Assembly: GCA_965216565.1 (NCBI GenBank)
Contig: OZ244170.1
Span: 3,680,001 to 3,744,000 of the forward strand
Source: Bythopirellula sp.
Lineage (GTDB): Bacteria; Planctomycetota; Planctomycetia; Pirellulales; Lacipirellulaceae
Direction: 5' to 3'
DNA: 64,000 nt
Each line of letters begins with the position of its first letter. The first letter of the stretch is position 1. The notes under the pieces are model-generated. The model saw only the letters and a program-made list of their open reading frames with translations, made no database searches and was not told the origin of the DNA. Shown here one piece after another: positions 1 to 10,070 of this stretch. Both the position numbers and the translations under genes were made by a program.

Positions 1-1086
1 ATCGATGCGCTCAAGGCCGGCAAGCATGTCTACTGTGAAAAGCCGATGACCCACTCCGTCGAGGAAGCATTCGACGTGGTGAAAGCATGGAAAGAGTCTG
101 GCAAGGTGATGCAAGTTGGCGTTCAGTCCACTTCGCTACCCATCTGGGACAACGCGAACTTGCTCATTCGACAAGGCAAATTGGGCAAGGTGCTCATGTT
201 CCAAACAGAATTCTTCCGCAATTCGGTCATGGGACAATGGCGTTACTACGAACTCAAGAAGGAAATGTCGCCCAAGAATATCGATTGGAAGCAGTGGCTG
301 GGCACCGAGGAAGGCTTGGCCCCCAAGATGCCTTTCGACCGTGCTATCTATGCCCAATGGCGTCGCTTCTGGCCATTTGGATCCGGCATGTATACCGATC
401 TGTTTGTCCATCGCACCACCTCGATGCTCAAAGCCACAGGCTTGCGATTCCCGGAACGTGTCGTTGGTTCCGGGGGGATCTATCTAGAATACGATGGCAG
501 GGACGTGCCCGACGTGGCCACCGTGCTGGCCGACTATGGCGAAGGTGTGCAAGGAATGATCTCGGCAACCATGTGTTGTGCCAACACCCCAATTCGTCAA
601 CTGATTCGCGGACACCACGGATCGCTGGTATTCGGAAATGGAGAAGACTTCGGCGGCTTCAACTTTGTCGCCGAGCGTCCACAAGTGACGTTGGATAGTT
701 CCATTAAGGACGAAGAGTTCAAAACTGGTAAGTTAAAGAACTCCACCTACGAGCATCAATGGAATTTTGTGCAGTGCTGTTTGAATAACACACCGTATCT
801 GGCCAATTGTCCTCCGGACTTGGGTGCCGCAGCTATCGTGACCGTCAATCTTGGGTCGCGTAGTTATCGCGAAGGAAAGGTGTTCCACTTCGATCCCAAA
901 ACAAACAAGGTTGCCAATGGCGACGAATCGTGGGCAAAGCGTTGGGAGAAAATGTCGAAGAATCGCGAAGAACCCAAACACGTTTTCGGCTGGCAGGCCG
1001 GCGACACTGGTAGCACCCTCCAAGAACCTGAGTATCAGTCGTTGGAAGGCCCCTGGATCGATGGCAAGGATCCTGCGATCACCTAG
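1..1086 (+). CDS. Gfo/Idh/MocA family oxidoreductase (5' end outside window)
   Basis: Frame 1 is open from base 1: IDALKAGKHVYCEKPM (EKP motif), QVGVQ, TDLFVH. Confidence 0.9.
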   Translation: MDALKAGKHVYCEKPMTHSVEEAFDVVKAWKESGKVMQVGVQSTSLPIWDNANLLIRQGKLGKVLMFQTEFFRNSVMGQWRYYELKKEMSPKNIDWKQWLGTEEGLAPKMPFDRAIYAQWRRFWPFGSGMYTDLFVHRTTSMLKATGLRFPERVVGSGGIYLEYDGRDVPDVATVLADYGEGVQGMISATMCCANTPIRQLIRGHHGSLVFGNGEDFGGFNFVAERPQVTLDSSIKDEEFKTGKLKNSTYEHQWNFVQCCLNNTPYLANCPPDLGAAAIVTVNLGSRSYREGKVFHFDPKTNKVANGDESWAKRWEKMSKNREEPKHVFGWQAGDTGSTLQEPEYQSLEGPWIDGKDPAIT

Positions 1087-1121
1087 GGAAATCCTTTCCT
1101 TGCGGACGAAGAAGTAATCCC

Positions 1122-2276
1122 GTGCCAAACAATCTTGCCTTCGACGAACTCTCCTCCAGTGCGAACGATCCGGCAGAGCTATTTCGCGTTGTCGGTCGTC
1201 AGCTGGTCGACGCTGGAGAGTTTCATCGACTGTTCGATTTGCGGCTCGTCCAGCGGCGTCACGAACTAGGTCTCTCACCAGAGCCCCATGCAGCGATCGA
1301 TGATCTCGACGAACAGGTTGCCACCAAGCTTGAGCAAGGCTACCTGGATGCCTGCCGTGAGATTGGCCAATTGTTTCTCCAAGCAGGCCAACCACTCGTA
1401 GCCTGGCGCTATTTGCGGCCCACTGGTGAGAAGCGATCGCTGCGGCGATGGCTTTCGAGCGTAGTGCCAAATGAAGAAAACGCCGACGAATTGATCGAGC
1501 TTGCCCTGCACGAAGGGATCGATCCCGAACGTGGCTATGCTTGGTTACTGGCTAGGCGCGGCACATGCCAGGGGATTACTGAACTGGAAGGCATGCAGGG
1601 ACATTTGCCCATCGATCAGCAGGCGGCCTGCGCCACGGTCTTAGTGCGACAACTTCATAAAGAACTCTCTGCAAATCTACGCGGCCATCTCGAGCAACTT
1701 GGCCAGCAGGCAGACGACCACTTATCGGTGCAGCAACTACTTGCCACCTGGCCTCAACTGACCGCCGAAGCTCATTTCCATGTCGACACCTCGCATCTTT
1801 CTACGACTGTTCGCTTTGCGCGACTGCTGACGGAACCCTCCATTCTGGAGAAGGCCATTGAGCTAGCGGATTACGGCGCGCAGCTTGCCGAGGATTATCA
1901 GTATCCCGACCAGCCGCCCTTCGAGGAACTCTATCCGACTCACGGCATGTTTTTCCGCGCAACCCTTGGCCAGGACGTCGATCAGGCCGTTGAGTATTTT
2001 GGGGGTCGTGCCCGCGAGAATTCCGAAGATCAATCAAGCACGGCCGAGATCGAGACTTATCTAATACTACTAGATCGATCTGGTCGCTACGTTCAGGCAT
2101 TGGAAGAGTATGCTTCGCTCGTGCCGGAAGACTGTGAGCTTTCGCCCTATGCGCCCAATCCGCTGGCCCTAGCACGAAAAGGAAACTGTTGGTCTCAATA
2201 TCTCGAACTGTGCCAGTCCCGCGACGATATTGTAGGCTTCGCAGCCGGGAAGCTTCATGAGCAGCGAGATCAATAG
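1122..2276 (+). CDS. Hypothetical alpha-helical protein
   Basis: 384-aa ORF co-oriented with the upstream gene; helix-rich, no recognisable catalytic motif. Confidence 0.75.
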   Translation: MPNNLAFDELSSSANDPAELFRVVGRQLVDAGEFHRLFDLRLVQRRHELGLSPEPHAAIDDLDEQVATKLEQGYLDACREIGQLFLQAGQPLVAWRYLRPTGEKRSLRRWLSSVVPNEENADELIELALHEGIDPERGYAWLLARRGTCQGITELEGMQGHLPIDQQAACATVLVRQLHKELSANLRGHLEQLGQQADDHLSVQQLLATWPQLTAEAHFHVDTSHLSTTVRFARLLTEPSILEKAIELADYGAQLAEDYQYPDQPPFEELYPTHGMFFRATLGQDVDQAVEYFGGRARENSEDQSSTAEIETYLILLDRSGRYVQALEEYASLVPEDCELSPYAPNPLALARKGNCWSQYLELCQSRDDIVGFAAGKLHEQRDQ

Positions 2277-2307
2277 CTAACTTCGCGACTTACCGGACGA
2301 CCACCGA

Positions 2308-3828
2308 CTACGGACGCTTGCCGGATTGAGGCTCGTCAGAAAAATCTGGCCGACGCCGTCGCGGTCGATCGTCGTTGTCTTCGTTCTCGAATCGACGGGG
2401 GCGTCGCTGGCCATGGGGGGGGCGATCATCTCTGGGGGGAGGAGGCGGGGCCCATCGATCTCCGGGCCGCTGATCGTCACGCTCCCGATCTTCTCGAGAA
2501 AACTCTGGTCGCTGCCTTGGAAGCGAACCGCTATACATTTTACGGAGTTGCTGCTCCATTTTATCTTGCGGCAGGGCCAACAGCGTTTCTTTTGTCGCGG
2601 CATCGACCTCCTCGACAAAAAATCGCTCCAACTCCTGGTCGGGAATACCTTCGCCTTTTTTGTGTGGACCTGGGCGACGACCCTCCGTAGCCACCCAATG
2701 CGCCTCGCGCATCCAGGCTTCGATCTGCATTCGCTTTTGCGGCATCGAAAGCCTCATGAAGGCTTCCGATTTTTCTTCCGGCAAGACACGACGAATGGTG
2801 TCCACCACCTCCATCGCCAGTTCCAAATGCTGCCGAGTCAGAAATTGCCAAAAGCGCTCGCGGGACGATCGTTTTCGTTCGTTTTTTTGATTGTCAATTC
2901 TATCCTGCATAGCTCGAGCTCGAATTGCCTCCAACTGCGGTCGAACTTCTCTGTACAGGGCTAACAGTTCTTCCTCGGTGAGCGTCAGCAGACGTTCTTT
3001 CGATTGCTCTTCAATCATGCGGCTAATTCGACTCAACCTCTTGTCGATGTCCAGCTCTCGCAGTTCAAACTGCTCGCTGGCCGTGAGTCCATGCAGCCAG
3101 TGTTGGTAGGTCAGCATGGTTTCCTGCAATCTGTCGGCGTCCGGAGCACTAACAATCTCCGCGTGCAGAGATCGCAGCCGATCTTGCTGTGTGACGGAGA
3201 GGGCTCGAAAGCGATTGAACTTTGCCCGCAGTTCGACTCGCTGCTCATTTTCTAAGGTGTCTAGCCAATTCTCTCGAGAGTTGTCTGCAATGACTTGCAA
3301 TAGTTGCGAAAGCTCTGCTTCGGTGTGTTCCTTGGCCACGGCGGAATCGATGCCAAGGATATTCTTCAAACGTCTGAGAAACTCGACTTCGCGAAACTGC
3401 GAGTAGATATCAATGTATTGAATCACCGGCAAGTCGGCAGTAAGTTGCTGGTTAACGTCCGGCATGACAAGCCGCGCGACGAGCAACCCCGCCAGAACCG
3501 CTCCTACCGCCAATAGGCCTGTGGCCAAACGCCGCTTGCGCTTCTGCACTGGCACAGCCATCGTCATCTTCCGCACGTCGTTGCCAGCCGATTGGACGAC
3601 CATTTCCATCGTTGTGCGGCTAAAGTTGTCGTCCACCGTTATTCGCGGCAGTTCGTCGAGTGCACCCCAAGCGCGATCCACCCCCTGGAGTTGCCGGCGG
3701 AACTGTTCGTCAGCAGCCAACCGACGCTCCACCTGAGCACTCTCGTCGGGCGAAAGTTCTCCGTCCAGATAAGAGACAATCAGTTCTAATTGCTCTGATT
3801 TCTGATCGTTGGGAATGGGACTGCTCAT
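2308..3828 (-). CDS. Transmembrane anti-sigma factor
   Basis: N-terminal LIVSYLDGELSPDESAQVERRL (anti-sigma N-domain lacking zinc ligands), KRKRR followed by one TM helix, long helical C-terminus; directly downstream of an ECF sigma. Start placed at ATG 3828 because the ORF-track start lies in a repeat. Confidence 0.8.
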   Translation of the reverse strand: MSSPIPNDQKSEQLELIVSYLDGELSPDESAQVERRLAADEQFRRQLQGVDRAWGALDELPRITVDDNFSRTTMEMVVQSAGNDVRKMTMAVPVQKRKRRLATGLLAVGAVLAGLLVARLVMPDVNQQLTADLPVIQYIDIYSQFREVEFLRRLKNILGIDSAVAKEHTEAELSQLLQVIADNSRENWLDTLENEQRVELRAKFNRFRALSVTQQDRLRSLHAEIVSAPDADRLQETMLTYQHWLHGLTASEQFELRELDIDKRLSRISRMIEEQSKERLLTLTEEELLALYREVRPQLEAIRARAMQDRIDNQKNERKRSSRERFWQFLTRQHLELAMEVVDTIRRVLPEEKSEAFMRLSMPQKRMQIEAWMREAHWVATEGRRPGPHKKGEGIPDQELERFFVEEVDAATKETLLALPQDKMEQQLRKMYSGSLPRQRPEFSREDRERDDQRPGDRWAPPPPPRDDRPPHGQRRPRRFENEDNDDRPRRRRPDFSDEPQSGKRP

Positions 3829-3865
3829 GTGACTATCGTGTGAGATAACGGATACGGTCCAGGGT

Positions 3866-3982
3866 TCCACTCTCCTCGGGAGAGAGGATAGGCGAAGGGC
3901 TGAAGTGACAAGTGAACCAAGCCTCCTCTAACCCCTCCTCTCCGCAGGCGAGTCACCGAGGCGACCTTTCAACGGAGGGGGA
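3866..3982. repeat. Inverted doublet of the C/G-rich hairpin repeat (family A), no enclosed gene
   Basis: TCCACTCTCCTCGGGAGAGAGGATAGGCGAAGGG (3866-3899) and CCTCCTCTAACCCCTCCTCTCC...GGAGGGGGA (3922-3982); matches the repeats at 29256/29673 and 63877-63993. Confidence 0.8.
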
Positions 3983-4626
3983 TCTGTTAATGAATCTAAT
4001 GGTGCACCGTGCTGGAGGTAGGGCTCCAACACATCACGGAGGTTATTACGAGCACGCGACAATAACGACTTGATGGCCGAGGGCGTCAGCTGCATGACAT
4101 CGGCAATTTCTTCATAGCTAAGGTGTTCAAACTTATTTAGCAGCACCGCCATCCGTTGCCGTTCGTTCAGCGTTGCAATGGCGAGTTTTACGACGTCTCT
4201 CAATTCCGCTTTGTCCAACTGACGGGTGGGCATCAGTCCACTAGCTGCGGTGGCTGTTGCTTCAATCGGGTTGGTGGCGTGCTCCCCACTTTCGCGATTC
4301 ACCAGATTGATTTCCTTTCGGCGAGCCAATCCACGCAGGGCATTCAAGGCAACATTATTAGCAATCGTATATAGCCAAGTGGAAAACTTCGATCCCGGGA
4401 TGTAACGTTTACGGGCACGATAGACGCGCAGGAACACTTCCTGAGCCAAGTCCTCTGCCATGTCGCGACGACCCACTTGGTGCGACATGAGCGACACCAG
4501 ACGATTCTGATATCGTTGCATCAGTTCTTCGAAGGCAGTCGCATTGTCATCGCGCACCTGTAGCATTAACCGCACATCGGGATCTTGTGCAGTGAACCGC
4601 TGGGCGGTGGAATCGCTAATGGCCAA
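3928..4626 (-). CDS. ECF RNA polymerase sigma-70 factor
   Basis: AEDLAQEVFLRVY, FSTWLYTIANN (region 2); LSYEEIADVMQLTPSAIKSLLSRAR (region 4). Confidence 0.95.
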   Translation of the reverse strand: MAISDSTAQRFTAQDPDVRLMLQVRDDNATAFEELMQRYQNRLVSLMSHQVGRRDMAEDLAQEVFLRVYRARKRYIPGSKFSTWLYTIANNVALNALRGLARRKEINLVNRESGEHATNPIEATATAASGLMPTRQLDKAELRDVVKLAIATLNERQRMAVLLNKFEHLSYEEIADVMQLTPSAIKSLLSRARNNLRDVLEPYLQHGAPLDSLTDPPPLKGRLGDSPAERRG

Positions 4627-4780
4627 CCGTCTTCTCCGCAGGTCAACTTTTTCGAGCGCCGTTCACCAAGGACGGCCTCTTTATTTCGAATCTAGGATTT
4701 CAGACTTAACACTTGGAGTCTCAGATTCCAATCTCCAAATCCAATGTCTTCAATCCGCAATTCGTTGTGAGTGTCTATAG

Positions 4781-4809
4781 ATAAAACCCCGCGGAGGGAT
4801 ACAGGTTTC
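4781..4809 (-). promoter_or_regulatory. Candidate ECF-type promoter of the first sigma/anti-sigma operon
   Basis: Minus strand GAAAC-N16-GGTTTTAT about 155 nt upstream of the sigma gene. Confidence 0.35.
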
Positions 4810-4835
4810 GCTGCAGAATTTAATGCGGAAAAGCC

Positions 4836-5588
4836 CTACAACAGGCTCTCCAGCAGCAGTCTGATTTTGCGAAGCTCTGCTCGATGTTCAGTTCCCTCCA
4901 GCGGAGGCATATGGACGGCAAGAGCCCGATTAAAGCCAACTGCGTCGAGCTGCGAGATCAACTTGCCGTAGTCCACTTCTCCTTTGCCGACGCGAACATG
5001 CAACTCCGTCTTGGTCGAGTCTCTCAATTGTACGTGCATGGTGTAAGGAATCACCTTCGAGAAATCGCGCCCTTGCCGCGGACCTGTGATGTAATGACTA
5101 GGATCGAGAGACAGTCCTAGGCCTTTCACATTGTCGCACAGTACGACTGCGGTGTCGGGATCTTCAGTCATACAGCCAATCTGAGTTTTCATCGCCACCA
5201 GACAACCTTCGAATGATGCGATACGCACGAGCTCTCTCAGCCGCTCGATTTCTGCATTGAAGGGCGTACCCAATTCGGCCGCTGGGACCACCAGAGGTAC
5301 CACCTTCATCGCCTTGGCAAGTTTTGCACAGGCAGCAAACTGCTCGTAGTACTCCTGGCCTTCGCAAGATTGTTCGACGCTAAAAGCCGCCACGGTCAAA
5401 CGATGATTGTCGCGGCAAGTCTCAAGAGCCTTATCAGGATCGGAGAGCACGACGGACGGCTGGACCCAACCACTCTGATCTTCGTGAAGGGGGATTTCAA
5501 CCGCGACAAATTCCAAGTCTACTAATGTTGGTAGAACTTCTTCGCGAGGCTGATTGGGGAAACATTCTGTCGACGCACAAACGATCAA
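4836..5588 (-). CDS. Sugar phosphate isomerase/epimerase family (xylose-isomerase-like TIM barrel)
   Basis: GLSLDPSHY, HVQLRDS, VGKGEVDY motifs. Confidence 0.8.
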   Translation of the reverse strand: MIVCASTECFPNQPREEVLPTLVDLEFVAVEIPLHEDQSGWVQPSVVLSDPDKALETCRDNHRLTVAAFSVEQSCEGQEYYEQFAACAKLAKAMKVVPLVVPAAELGTPFNAEIERLRELVRIASFEGCLVAMKTQIGCMTEDPDTAVVLCDNVKGLGLSLDPSHYITGPRQGRDFSKVIPYTMHVQLRDSTKTELHVRVGKGEVDYGKLISQLDAVGFNRALAVHMPPLEGTEHRAELRKIRLLLESLL

Positions 5589-6048
5589 AGGGGGAACTCC
5601 TCTCGGCTAGGGAGGCTACTTTTGGAATCAGAGCATCTATCGTGGAAACATCTAGGTTGATTCCTGGCGGGCCTACACCCAGCGGATTGCAAAACTGAAC
5701 TTCAGGATTATCTAGGAAGAGCCCAAATACCTGGGGACCACTTCCTGGCAAGTAATTTAGCGTGAATCGAGCCTGCGAAGCAACACCGCGACGGTTGCCA
5801 GCAGTCGTTGTCTCTGGCCGAGGTGCCAGTAGAATAGTGAAAATGTCTTCGGCCTATTCAGCACAGCGCTAGGAATAAACTCTTTCGCAAGGTTTTTCCC
5901 GCTGAATCCAGGATATCCCTTAGATTCGGTGGCTCGATAGCGTCGCATTGCACCCCTAGAGCCAGACCGCTTGAAAACCTGTCCATGACCCCGCCCTAGC
6001 CGGCGTCTCCAACTATTACCCGGCACATCATCTCCACCGGAGCCTACT

Positions 6049-7128
6049 ATGTCGTCCGCATCGCCACCCGGCCCACCCTCGTCCCCGCCGCAGCAGGTAG
6101 TCATCCAGCAGCAGCAATCGGCTTTGGGCCGTTATGGAAAGTACGTCCTGATGCTACTCATTTTTTGCGTGATGGCACTCATTGGGTTACAAGCCCGCTA
6201 CGAAAGCTACTTCAGCAAGCCCGGCGAGCCCCAGGAGAAGTACCATTCGCTGAGCAAAGAAGCCACTAAGAAAGTCGCGGTCGTCAGCGTCTCTGGGACG
6301 ATCGTCGAAGGCAACGATTTTGTCAAAAAGCAAATCGATCAGGTTAAGAAAGACAAAGATGTCGTGGCAGTCGTATTGCGGATCGACTCTCCTGGCGGCA
6401 CCGTGACTTACAGCGATTATCTCTACCACCATCTCCGTGAGCTAACCACCCAGGAAGACCGCCAGCTACCGATGGTCGTCAGCATGGGCAGTATGTGTGC
6501 CAGCGGAGGCTACTACATGGCCATGGCTGTGGGGGACGAAGAGAACACCATCTTTGCTGAGCCAACAACGTGGACCGGTTCCATCGGCGTAGTCATCCCG
6601 CACTACGATCTCTCAGGTTTGCTGGCTACCTATAGCGTGAAAGACGACTCGATCGCCAGTCACAAGAACAAACTCATGGGTAGTCCGACACGTGAGTTAA
6701 CAACCGAAGAGCGTGCCGAAGAACGCGAGTTGCTCCAGAATCTGGTCAACATCAGCTTCGAGCGATTCAAAGACATCGTTCGAGCCGGACGTCCACATTT
6801 GGCTGAAGATGATGAAGCGTTAGACAAGGTTGCCACAGGGCAGATTTTTACGGCCACACAGGCACTCGAACTCGGGCTCGTTGATAACATTGGGTTTATC
6901 GAAGAAGCTATCGAGCGCGCCGCTGAGCTTGCCGATCGCGATCCGAAAAAACTGCGCTGCATCGAGTATGAAGAGCCACCGATGACGGTCAGCGACCTAT
7001 TGAGTGCCCAACCCGCCAAACGCAACATTCTCAGCGGTGATCTCCAGGCTTTGCTGGACCTTACGGCCCCCAGGGCATACTACCTCTGCACTTGGCTGCC
7101 GTCTGTTCTCTCCAACTCGAACCCTTAG
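6049..7128 (+). CDS. sppA: Signal peptide peptidase SppA (S49, 36K type)
   Basis: N-terminal TM; LRIDSPGG, CASGGYYMA, TGSIGV, ATGQIFTATQALELGLVD. Confidence 0.92.
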   Translation: MSSASPPGPPSSPPQQVVIQQQQSALGRYGKYVLMLLIFCVMALIGLQARYESYFSKPGEPQEKYHSLSKEATKKVAVVSVSGTIVEGNDFVKKQIDQVKKDKDVVAVVLRIDSPGGTVTYSDYLYHHLRELTTQEDRQLPMVVSMGSMCASGGYYMAMAVGDEENTIFAEPTTWTGSIGVVIPHYDLSGLLATYSVKDDSIASHKNKLMGSPTRELTTEERAEERELLQNLVNISFERFKDIVRAGRPHLAEDDEALDKVATGQIFTATQALELGLVDNIGFIEEAIERAAELADRDPKKLRCIEYEEPPMTVSDLLSAQPAKRNILSGDLQALLDLTAPRAYYLCTWLPSVLSNSNP

Positions 7129-7156
7129 CCAAAACACGTTACGGTCGCTTATCTTC

Positions 7157-8221
7157 ATGCCGCATTTGTTAAATGACATCGATCAGTTGCTTGGCGACTG
7201 CATTGCGAAGTTGTGCCTGCCAAAATTCCGCGCGGGACAGGTGCGCAATTGGCTCTTTAAGCGTCGGGCAACCGATTGGCAGGACATGACCGATCTGCCC
7301 AAGCCACTTCGGACTGAATTGGCTCACGAGTTGCCGCTGTGGACGACAGAAATCGTCCGCCATACCAAGGCAGACGACGGCACAGAAAAGCTCCTGCTCC
7401 AGCTAGCCGACGGCGGACAAGTCGAGTGCGTGCTACTCCGCGATCAGGTGCGTCGCACCATCTGCGTCAGCAGCCAGGTGGGATGCGGTATGGGGTGCGT
7501 GTTCTGCGCAAGTGGCCTCGACGGCGTTGATCGCAATCTGACGACCGGGGAAATCGTCGAGCAAATGCTCCGCCTGCAGTTATTGCTCGACGAGGACGAA
7601 CGTCTCAGCCATATCGTGATGATGGGAATGGGCGAACCGCTGGCCAATCTCGACGCAGTGCTGTCAGCCTTGGACGAGGCTCACCGCGACGACGGTCTGG
7701 AAATCAGTGGTCGCCGGATCACAATTTCGACTGTGGGCCTGCCCCAAGCTATTGATCGCCTGGCAAAGCTCGATGCACCCTATCGCTTGGCAATCTCGCT
7801 GCACGCACCCAACGACGAGCTCCGCGACGAGCTGGTGCCCGTCAATGACAAAATCGGTCTTACCGACATCATGGCCGCAGCCGATCGGTACTTCGCCGTC
7901 TCAGGAAGACGCATGACCTACGAATACGTCTTGCTCGCGGAATTGAACGACCGACCGGAACACGCCCGACAACTCGTCACGCTGCTCAAGGGACGCGAGG
8001 CACTAGTGAACGTGATTCCATACAACCCGGTCGCCGGGCTGCCTTACCAAACTCCCAGCAGACGTCGTCAACAAGAGTTCCGCCAAATCTTGGAGAACGG
8101 TGGCATCCGCGTGCAATTCCGACACCGCAAGGGCGATCGCATCGATGCCGCCTGCGGCCAACTGCGTCGCTCGCAATTGCAACAGCCGGTCGTTAATATC
8201 GACACCACTCCCACATCATAG
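7157..8221 (+). CDS. rlmN: 23S rRNA (adenine2503-C2)/tRNA methyltransferase RlmN
   Basis: CVSSQVGCGMGCVFC radical SAM motif, MGMGEPLAN, SLHA, IDAACGQL. Confidence 0.95.
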   Translation: MPHLLNDIDQLLGDCIAKLCLPKFRAGQVRNWLFKRRATDWQDMTDLPKPLRTELAHELPLWTTEIVRHTKADDGTEKLLLQLADGGQVECVLLRDQVRRTICVSSQVGCGMGCVFCASGLDGVDRNLTTGEIVEQMLRLQLLLDEDERLSHIVMMGMGEPLANLDAVLSALDEAHRDDGLEISGRRITISTVGLPQAIDRLAKLDAPYRLAISLHAPNDELRDELVPVNDKIGLTDIMAAADRYFAVSGRRMTYEYVLLAELNDRPEHARQLVTLLKGREALVNVIPYNPVAGLPYQTPSRRRQQEFRQILENGGIRVQFRHRKGDRIDAACGQLRRSQLQQPVVNIDTTPTS

Positions 8222-8252
8222 AGCCAGTGCTCAACGAACGACCGCACCTCAA

Positions 8253-9278
8253 TTACTGGGGATCGTTGCCGTTATCTAACCGGTCTCGCATCTCCTCCAG
8301 TTGCTGCTCGAGTTGTTCCATCCGTTCCATCACCCGATCGCGCTGTTCGTTCCCGAAGCCAAATCCGCGGCCATTGCCTTCTTCAAAGATACGAGGCATG
8401 CGGAACTGTAGGTTCTCTTCGAGTCCTTCGAGATTCCCAAAGTTGAACCCTGGCAGTCGGTTGTTCGACAGCGCTTTCACGCGGGCGCGGATTTCCTCGG
8501 GAAGTTCTTGCAAGGCTGCATCGTCGTCCCCCTCGATCGTCCAAGTCTCGTCACCCTTCTTAACGACAATCTTCGCGGGCTCGTTATTCTTGCGGGTGAT
8601 ATTCACCGAGTAACCGCCTGGCAGTGCATTGTTGGTTTCCCACTGTCCGTTGAAGTTGAGTCCCGCGCCGGGGAAGATCCGGAAAGCGTTATTCCGCCCT
8701 TGCATCAAATCGCCAAACATGTCTCCCTCGCCTCCAAAACCAAAGCCCCGATTGGACTGCTCAGTCAACAAATCAACCGATCGCTCCTCGGGAACAACGA
8801 CTATCGTCTCTTCCTTCGAAAGCCGAATCAGCCGCAGTTCTAGTGGCTTACCCTCACTCGCGCGGACCACTTCGGAAAGCTGTTCCATCGACTGCAATGC
8901 CTCGCCGTTAACACGAAGCAAGATGTCGTGCTGCCGTAGACCTGCTTTTGCCGCGGGGCTCTCGGGCACGACTTGCTCAATCACCACGCCCATGTCGGCG
9001 GCCAATTGGAATTGAGTTCGCAAAACTGGTTCCTCGACATTCCGGCCACGTAGTCCCACCCAATAGGCGGTCTGCTCGGATTGCTCACCTTCCTCCGGGT
9101 CGTTCTCACGAATTTCCGGCAAATCGTCATTGGCGGTGGGAGCGATTTCTACGATCCTTCCCTCAGGTTCTTCTAGGGCTGCCGCCGAAGCAATCTCGGA
9201 ATTGGCCATACCGAATCCCATCACCATGGCAAGCGATGCCAGGCAAACAATTTCCCAAGATAGTCTTGTTTGTTTCAT
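8253..9278 (-). CDS. Secreted PDZ-domain protein
   Basis: Signal peptide; YWVGLRG...GVVIEQVVPESPAAKAGLRQHDILLRVNG PDZ; C-terminal coiled coil; no protease domain visible. Confidence 0.85.
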   Translation of the reverse strand: MKQTRLSWEIVCLASLAMVMGFGMANSEIASAAALEEPEGRIVEIAPTANDDLPEIRENDPEEGEQSEQTAYWVGLRGRNVEEPVLRTQFQLAADMGVVIEQVVPESPAAKAGLRQHDILLRVNGEALQSMEQLSEVVRASEGKPLELRLIRLSKEETIVVVPEERSVDLLTEQSNRGFGFGGEGDMFGDLMQGRNNAFRIFPGAGLNFNGQWETNNALPGGYSVNITRKNNEPAKIVVKKGDETWTIEGDDDAALQELPEEIRARVKALSNNRLPGFNFGNLEGLEENLQFRMPRIFEEGNGRGFGFGNEQRDRVMERMEQLEQQLEEMRDRLDNGNDPQ

Positions 9279-9332
9279 CCTTCTTCTCCTTCAATTCTGC
9301 TCAGCTAATTAGCGTAAATACGAATTCAACAA

Positions 9333-9364
9333 TCTCCTTCCCTAATTCAGGGGAGGATTGAGGA
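9333..9364. repeat. Degenerate single copy of family A hairpin repeat
   Basis: TCTCCTTCCCTAATTCAGGGGAGGATTGAGGA. Confidence 0.5.
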
Positions 9365-9365
9365 C

Positions 9366-10067
9366 TCAAAGCACAGGCCGGCTCACTGGGACCACATAGG
9401 CGTCGTCAACCGGTACGGCCATGGGGACGACTTGTTCGTTCTGTTCGATAAAAAACGGTGCATAACGGCGTCGACCCCTGAGGTCCATACCGCGACGTTG
9501 CAGTTGTCGCACAAACGCGTCCGGCAACGTTCCGACAGAGGTTTCGCCCTCTTGGTCGGCGCCAGCCAGTTCAACTAATGGAACCCGCAGCCGATTTGCT
9601 TGGCCTTGATCGTCGCGGACCAAAAGCGTCACCACATCGTGATCGTCCAGTTCTGGCCTTATCGCTGGCGGTTTGTCCGCTACCTTCGGTTCAGGCACTT
9701 GCTCGATGTCACCCGCCGCCAGTTGATGCTGAAGATCCTCTGCAGTTCCTCCAGGCCGAGTCAGCCATCCAAGAGAGAAAGCAATGAGCAAACCCGCGGC
9801 CAGCGCCATAAAACTCAACACGCGGCTATCGGCTTGTCGTGCGTCGGGTCGAGTATCGGCCGGAGGCAAAGTCTTTTCTTGAATTGAGGGCCTCACGAGC
9901 GACTTCATTTCTCGTCGCCACGTTTGGTTCTCAAGAAATGCCAACGCGCAGTCGCGCCAGCCATTTTGCTGCTCGATCGATGCCAAGAGCCGTTCGCGCT
10001 CTGATGCGGAGAGCTCGTCATCTACGAGGCGATCAAGCAGAATGTGTTTCTCTTCCGATTCTTGCAT
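9366..10067 (-). CDS. Putative transmembrane anti-sigma factor
   Basis: LLDRLVDDELSASERERLL N-domain, one TM (MALAAGLLIAFSLGW); 3 nt downstream of an ECF sigma. Confidence 0.75.
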   Translation of the reverse strand: MQESEEKHILLDRLVDDELSASERERLLASIEQQNGWRDCALAFLENQTWRREMKSLVRPSIQEKTLPPADTRPDARQADSRVLSFMALAAGLLIAFSLGWLTRPGGTAEDLQHQLAAGDIEQVPEPKVADKPPAIRPELDDHDVVTLLVRDDQGQANRLRVPLVELAGADQEGETSVGTLPDAFVRQLQRRGMDLRGRRRYAPFFIEQNEQVVPMAVPVDDAYVVPVSRPVL

Positions 10068-10070
10068 GGT

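Noticed and set aside
2400..2470. G-runs and short repeats near the 3' end of the first anti-sigma gene
   Set aside because: Encode a low-complexity Pro/Arg/Asp tail (APPPPPRDDRPP); not a separate element.
5589..6048. 460-bp divergent intergenic region as possible ncRNA or riboswitch
   Set aside because: No recognisable aptamer, terminator or repeat by eye.
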